A DNA stretch of 62,383 bases, the filler included, from Choristocarpus tenellus KU-1152 (Eukaryota; Protista; Phaeophyceae), in assembly GCA_964200185.2 (NCBI GenBank). It is 8 parts of 8 records of this genome, joined end to end, with 100 filler letters (N's around TTAATTAATTAA, not from the genome) between each part and the next. Parts side by side here need not be neighbours in the genome. Positions count along the whole stretch, not along the records: positions 59,396 to 62,383 come from CAXNAD020023116.1; 7 more parts are not named here. One strand, 5' to 3'. Within the stretch, counting starts at the first letter, position 1, and each line of letters opens with the position of its first letter. The position numbers were made by a program, and so were the translations under genes. Under the pieces are notes generated by a model. It did no database searches. It had not been told where the DNA came from and worked only from the letters and a program-made list of their open reading frames with translations. Shown here one piece after another: positions 60,963 through 62,383 of this stretch.

Positions 60963-61931
60963 TGTTTAGCTCTACCTTCCTGATCTAACACGAAACGTCC
61001 CAAACCTTGAAATGAACCACTCGTCCTGAACAACAAGCCACCTACTAACGAAATCTGGGGACCAAGATCACGGAGACTGTGAAACAGTCTCGTTCAATAG
61101 CATATTCAACCCCAAGGTTCACAAGACGTTGTTCAAGACGTTCTAGATTGTAAGGTCTCTCGATAGCCCCACACATAGAAATCCTCCGCAAACACCCACT
61201 ACTCTTGATGGAGGCAGGAAGTGGAGAAAGGTTCTGATAGCAATGAATTAACACAATACACTATACAATAGTAAAAAAAACTTCAACGTTTTGAAGAGGC
61301 CTTCCTATACACTTCATAGATATCTTTGAGTAGCGAACATTTCGTAGGTACATCGTCTCTAGGTGTCACTGTCATCAAACGCAAGTCAATGGTTGCTGTC
61401 TTTTATACAAGTTAGTGTATCTGATATGAAATAATAAATATATATTAGTCCCTTCAATTTTTGGCCTTATCATACTAATATACACATAATCTTTCCTCGT
61501 TCATCCTCTCTACTATTAGTACTAATACTGATAACGTTTGTGTTAGGGTATGAAACTTTTTCTTTATATCTCTTTTTTCTAAAATGAGATCCCTACAACA
61601 TGTCACTGGTGGAAATCGTATCGTATTAACCTGAAAAACACACATCTCAACTTATTCTTGGACTATTTTTTTGCTATTTGATTCTCACATTTTTTAGCAA
61701 CCATTGTCCTTTCGTTCGTACCTTGTTCGTTGGATTTTGCGTTCAGCACTTCTCCTGTCCTCCCACAATCTTCTATCTCTCACACTTGCGTCTAAGTATT
61801 ACACCTTGATCTTGACCTAACGATTTTGAGTTGTAGTGTCGGACAGGATATCAAAGGAGTCTACAATCCGTTGTGATTGCCACGTAGAAAATGGGATGGT
61901 TGAGCCAGATTTCTTGCCTCGAAGGGATTTG

Positions 61932-62050
61932 TGTTATAGGCGAATAGCGCGAACGTTTCTTCTCGCGTTTTAACAAGCGCGAGCAATATACAATATTACG
62001 TAGCCTTACAGAATAAATGCTGATTTCATAGAAGATACAGAGTAAGATTC
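61932..62050 (+). mobile_element. Family C left TIR fragment
   Basis: TGTTATAGGCGAATAGCGCGAACGTTTCTTCTCGCGTTTTAACAAGCGCGAGCAATATAC matches 47679-47745. Confidence 0.75.
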
Positions 62051-62383
62051 GTAATGCATACGTAACATTACAGAAGAAAAAAAAGGTCCTAAGAAGTTGC
62101 AGAGTGAGAGTTTATGAAGTAATCTGGGTTTTGTGGGCGGAAGAATTCTGGTTGGCTGGGGGCACAGGACAAGCGTGGGAAGGGGAAAGAAAAAGAAGGA
62201 AGCAGGAAGAGAATGAATAGTTAAGGAAGGAGGGAAGAAAAGGTTAATGGAAATGAGTGGTAGATAAGGGGAAGAACAGCAGCCAGTCAGTGATAAAAGG
62301 AAAGAAAACCAGGGGTACAAGACGAGGAGGGGAGACCAAGGCAACCTCCGAGCAAGCTTCTTCCCCCCCCCCCCCCCCCCCCC

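Overview
Intron-rich eukaryotic nuclear DNA, most likely from a stramenopile alga of the brown-alga type. This is inferred from the RPL13/RPL24 sequences, the many short exons in long GT-AG introns and the TTAGGG tracts. The window is 8 contigs joined by artificial 100-nt N/TTAATTAATTAA/N linkers, so most ORF-track entries are intron noise. Manual splice reconstruction gives: a 5'-truncated 17-exon (>=1057 aa) charged/coiled-coil gene with a C-terminal CHORD-like Cys/His domain; complete RPL13 and RPL24 genes; the 3' end of a Fis1-like tail-anchored protein; a SAM-carrier-like mitochondrial-carrier-family gene with an unexpected signal-peptide extension, head-to-head with RPL24; internal exons of SPT16 (one GC-AG intron); the TOR kinase C-terminus with a very large insertion; a DEP-domain gene; and an unidentified terminal exon. 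Repeats include two related MITE families (one Sola2-like, with GAG..CTC ends and 4-bp TSDs), a long-TIR TGT..ACA element and decayed CRE-like non-LTR retrotransposon 3' ends. No rRNA, tRNA or CRISPR was seen, and no single new multi-gene system is evident.
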